64,000 bases of DNA, from NCBI RefSeq assembly GCF_025526975.1, contig NW_026515676.1, positions 186,001-250,000 of the forward strand, written 5' to 3'. This DNA is from Fimicolochytrium jonesii. Lineage: Eukaryota. The notes under the pieces were generated by a model, which made no database searches, had not been told where the DNA came from, and was given only the letters and a program-made list of their open reading frames with translations. Below, in pieces: positions 61,821 through 64,000 of the stretch. Position numbers and translations under genes: made by a program. Within the stretch, counting starts at the first letter, position 1. Every line of letters starts with the position of its first letter.

Positions 61821-62575
61821 CCTGGTATATGTTCTTCGTTTGGGTGCTGGTGTTCCTTCGTATATGAATGCGTTCGCGTGTCGTTTGTCGCAAATGTAAC
61901 GGATATGCCGGGATTATACGACGGGAGCGTGAAATCCCTGCTGGGGGCGTTTATATACGCATGAACGCAAGGATATGGGACGGAGGTGTGGCGGGGCCCC
62001 CATATTCCATATTCGCGGGGAATCCGCTCATACAGCGCTGGTTTTGCGTAATTATGACCGCCCCTCGCCGCGTATACGCAGACGCAGCCCCGGGGCACTG
62101 GAAGAGCACGCAATGGAATGGGAAAGACAGACAAGGGGGGGGGAGGGAGCGGAAAATGCCGCCCGATTTGCGAAAGGTAGGCGGAAAGTGCCGTCGTGAC
62201 GTCAATTTCGGCGCAGAGGGAAACACGAAGGGCGAATTCCGACAGCGCGTTCACGCTGATTTGACAGTGTCTGCATTTTTTTCACATTCACCCCCACCCG
62301 AAAACGAATCAATCGGAAGGGAAAAGAACACATCACACAGGGGTATACTATATTTCTTTTTCGCCAAAATGAACACGAATAGAATACAATGAAAAAACCG
62401 CTCCCTCAACATCGACCGCGTATAACTGTAACTATGAGGGAGTTGGGGCGGGGGATGCTGACACTAGTACCCGGCCTTTTGGAATCTCGGGGGAATCTCG
62501 GGCGGGGGGGCTGTCGTTTACTTTCCGTTTCCTTTTTGCTTTCGGGACCGCTTCCGATCTCAATACCGGCGGAAA

Positions 62576-63927
62576 TCAAAGATGCTCTGCAGCTCGCTGA
62601 CAGTGAGCCACACCCATTCCTATCACAGACACAAAAGAAAGGGGGGGGGGGCCTCGGTCAGCATCAGCACACCATCGCCACCCCGCCCCCCCCCCCCCCC
62701 TCGAAAACCACAAACACGCTCGCACAAAGAAACTCACCTCCTTATTCCGCCTCCACTCCCTCCTCACAACCGCAAAAAACAAACACTCCCCCACAAACCC
62801 CACCCACATCCCCACATCCACCCACGACGCCCACCCATGCAGGTCGGGTCTCTCCGTCCTCGCGCCGTCATACCTCCCCTCCGCATCGGCCACCCGCTTC
62901 CATTTCGCCGCACTGTCATCCGCCTCCAACCACCACCACGGCGGGACCGCACACACCCTGCTCTCGTAGTTCGCTCCTGCTGGGCCGTGCATCACGACCG
63001 CGTCGATCGCGCGGGTGAGCACCCCCGGCTCGACCATCCAGGGGACGTAGCACGCGCCCGCGGTGAGCAGGAGCAGTTTGGTGGTCCAGGTCGGGTGGTG
63101 CCTGCGGCGACGGCCGGTGGGGGTTGAGGAGGAGGTGCGGCGGGAGGGTGGCGGGGAGGGGGAGGGTGCGGTGCCGGACAGGATGAGGAGGATCAGGAGG
63201 GGGATGGGGAGGTGTTGGAGGAGGGAGAGGGTTGTTGAGAGGTAGAAGAGGAGGGGGGGTGCGGGGGTTGGGTTGGGGAGGTAGAGGGGGGGTGGGAGGG
63301 TGGCCGAGTCGAAGGGGGTTGTTGTGGGTGGGTTGCTGGGGTTGGGGAGAGTCATGGGGCGGGTTACTTTTATGAAGGAAGGAAATTGGAGAAAAGGGAG
63401 TGGATTACATACGTAGCCAACCAGATTCCAAACAGATTCAATCCCCACAACACACACCCCGCAAACGGCCAGCTCGCAAACACCCGGCCCCAGAACCCGT
63501 CCCACATACATCTCCACCACGAGCATGTGCAACACCTCGACCCACCACGCCGCGTATCCTCATCGTCTCCGAAAACACTATCATCGTCACGGGGGATCCC
63601 TTCCAGAAGTGCTTGCTCCTCGCTCGCGTCGATGGACCGGTGGGCGCGGGATCGGTGTGGGGAGGTTTGGGCGCTCGTGCGGCGGCTAGCGGCGGCGGCG
63701 GAAGCGATGTTGGTCGCGCGGAGGGTGGCGGGTGAGGGGGTGTGCTCGTCGTCGGTGGACGGGTCGGGGATGAGAAGGGAGACGGAGGGTGCGCGGGAGG
63801 ATGGAGTGGTGGATGAGCCGTAGGCGGGGTAGGAGACTGGGCGGCGGGGAGGGATTGAGGAGGAGGAGGATCGGGGGTCGGGTGGTGGGTTGTCGGTGGC
63901 TGTATTGTTGTTTACGGGTCCTCTCAT
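62576..63927 (-). CDS. Hypothetical multi-pass membrane protein; exon structure approximate
   Basis: Long host-like frames 63927-63410 and ~63350-62735 with hydrophobic segments and GT..AG introns. Confidence 0.6.
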
Positions 63928-64000
63928 CACGACTGTGGGGAGATAGACGTGAGCATCACCGAGTTTCATCTGGGTGCGAGACAAAAGGCTACTTACATGA

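Overview
Eukaryotic, GC-rich, intron-containing genomic DNA. It is most likely from a flagellated early-diverging fungus (chytrid-like), inferred from fungal-type CDC12, RDS2/AcuM and beta-carbonic anhydrase genes next to a TEX9-like ciliary/centriolar gene. The flanks carry about 20 compact host genes: a giant repeat/coiled-coil protein, BAP31-like, MRI1, flavin reductase-like, GPN2, EAF6, DUF6787-like, beta-CA, ARPC4, RDS2, a GPI2 fragment, CDC12, TEX9, RNR2, SUB1, SDHAF1, an SDR and hypotheticals. An ~18 kb island (~19.95-38.4 kb) interrupts them. It consists mostly of co-oriented, frameshifted, orphan ORFs, and nearly everything recognisable in it is chromatin-related: two TET/JBP-like 2OG-Fe(II) dioxygenase relics (both HxN rather than HxD), a divergent H3/CenH3-like histone fold, an upstream H3-tail K4-K9 mimic (KQTARKTG), three RING fingers (two in an apparently intact gene inserted into the second TET copy), C2H2-type fingers and a weak AlkB-like relic. 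I saw no transposase, integrase or capsid gene and no matched termini. The island is therefore interpreted, by inference, as decayed cargo of a large selfish element carrying a possible anti-silencing toolkit. A second decayed patch at 6.3-8.9 kb has JmjN-like and C2H2 relics. All domain calls are by-eye motif recognition without database searches, and exon coordinates are manual.
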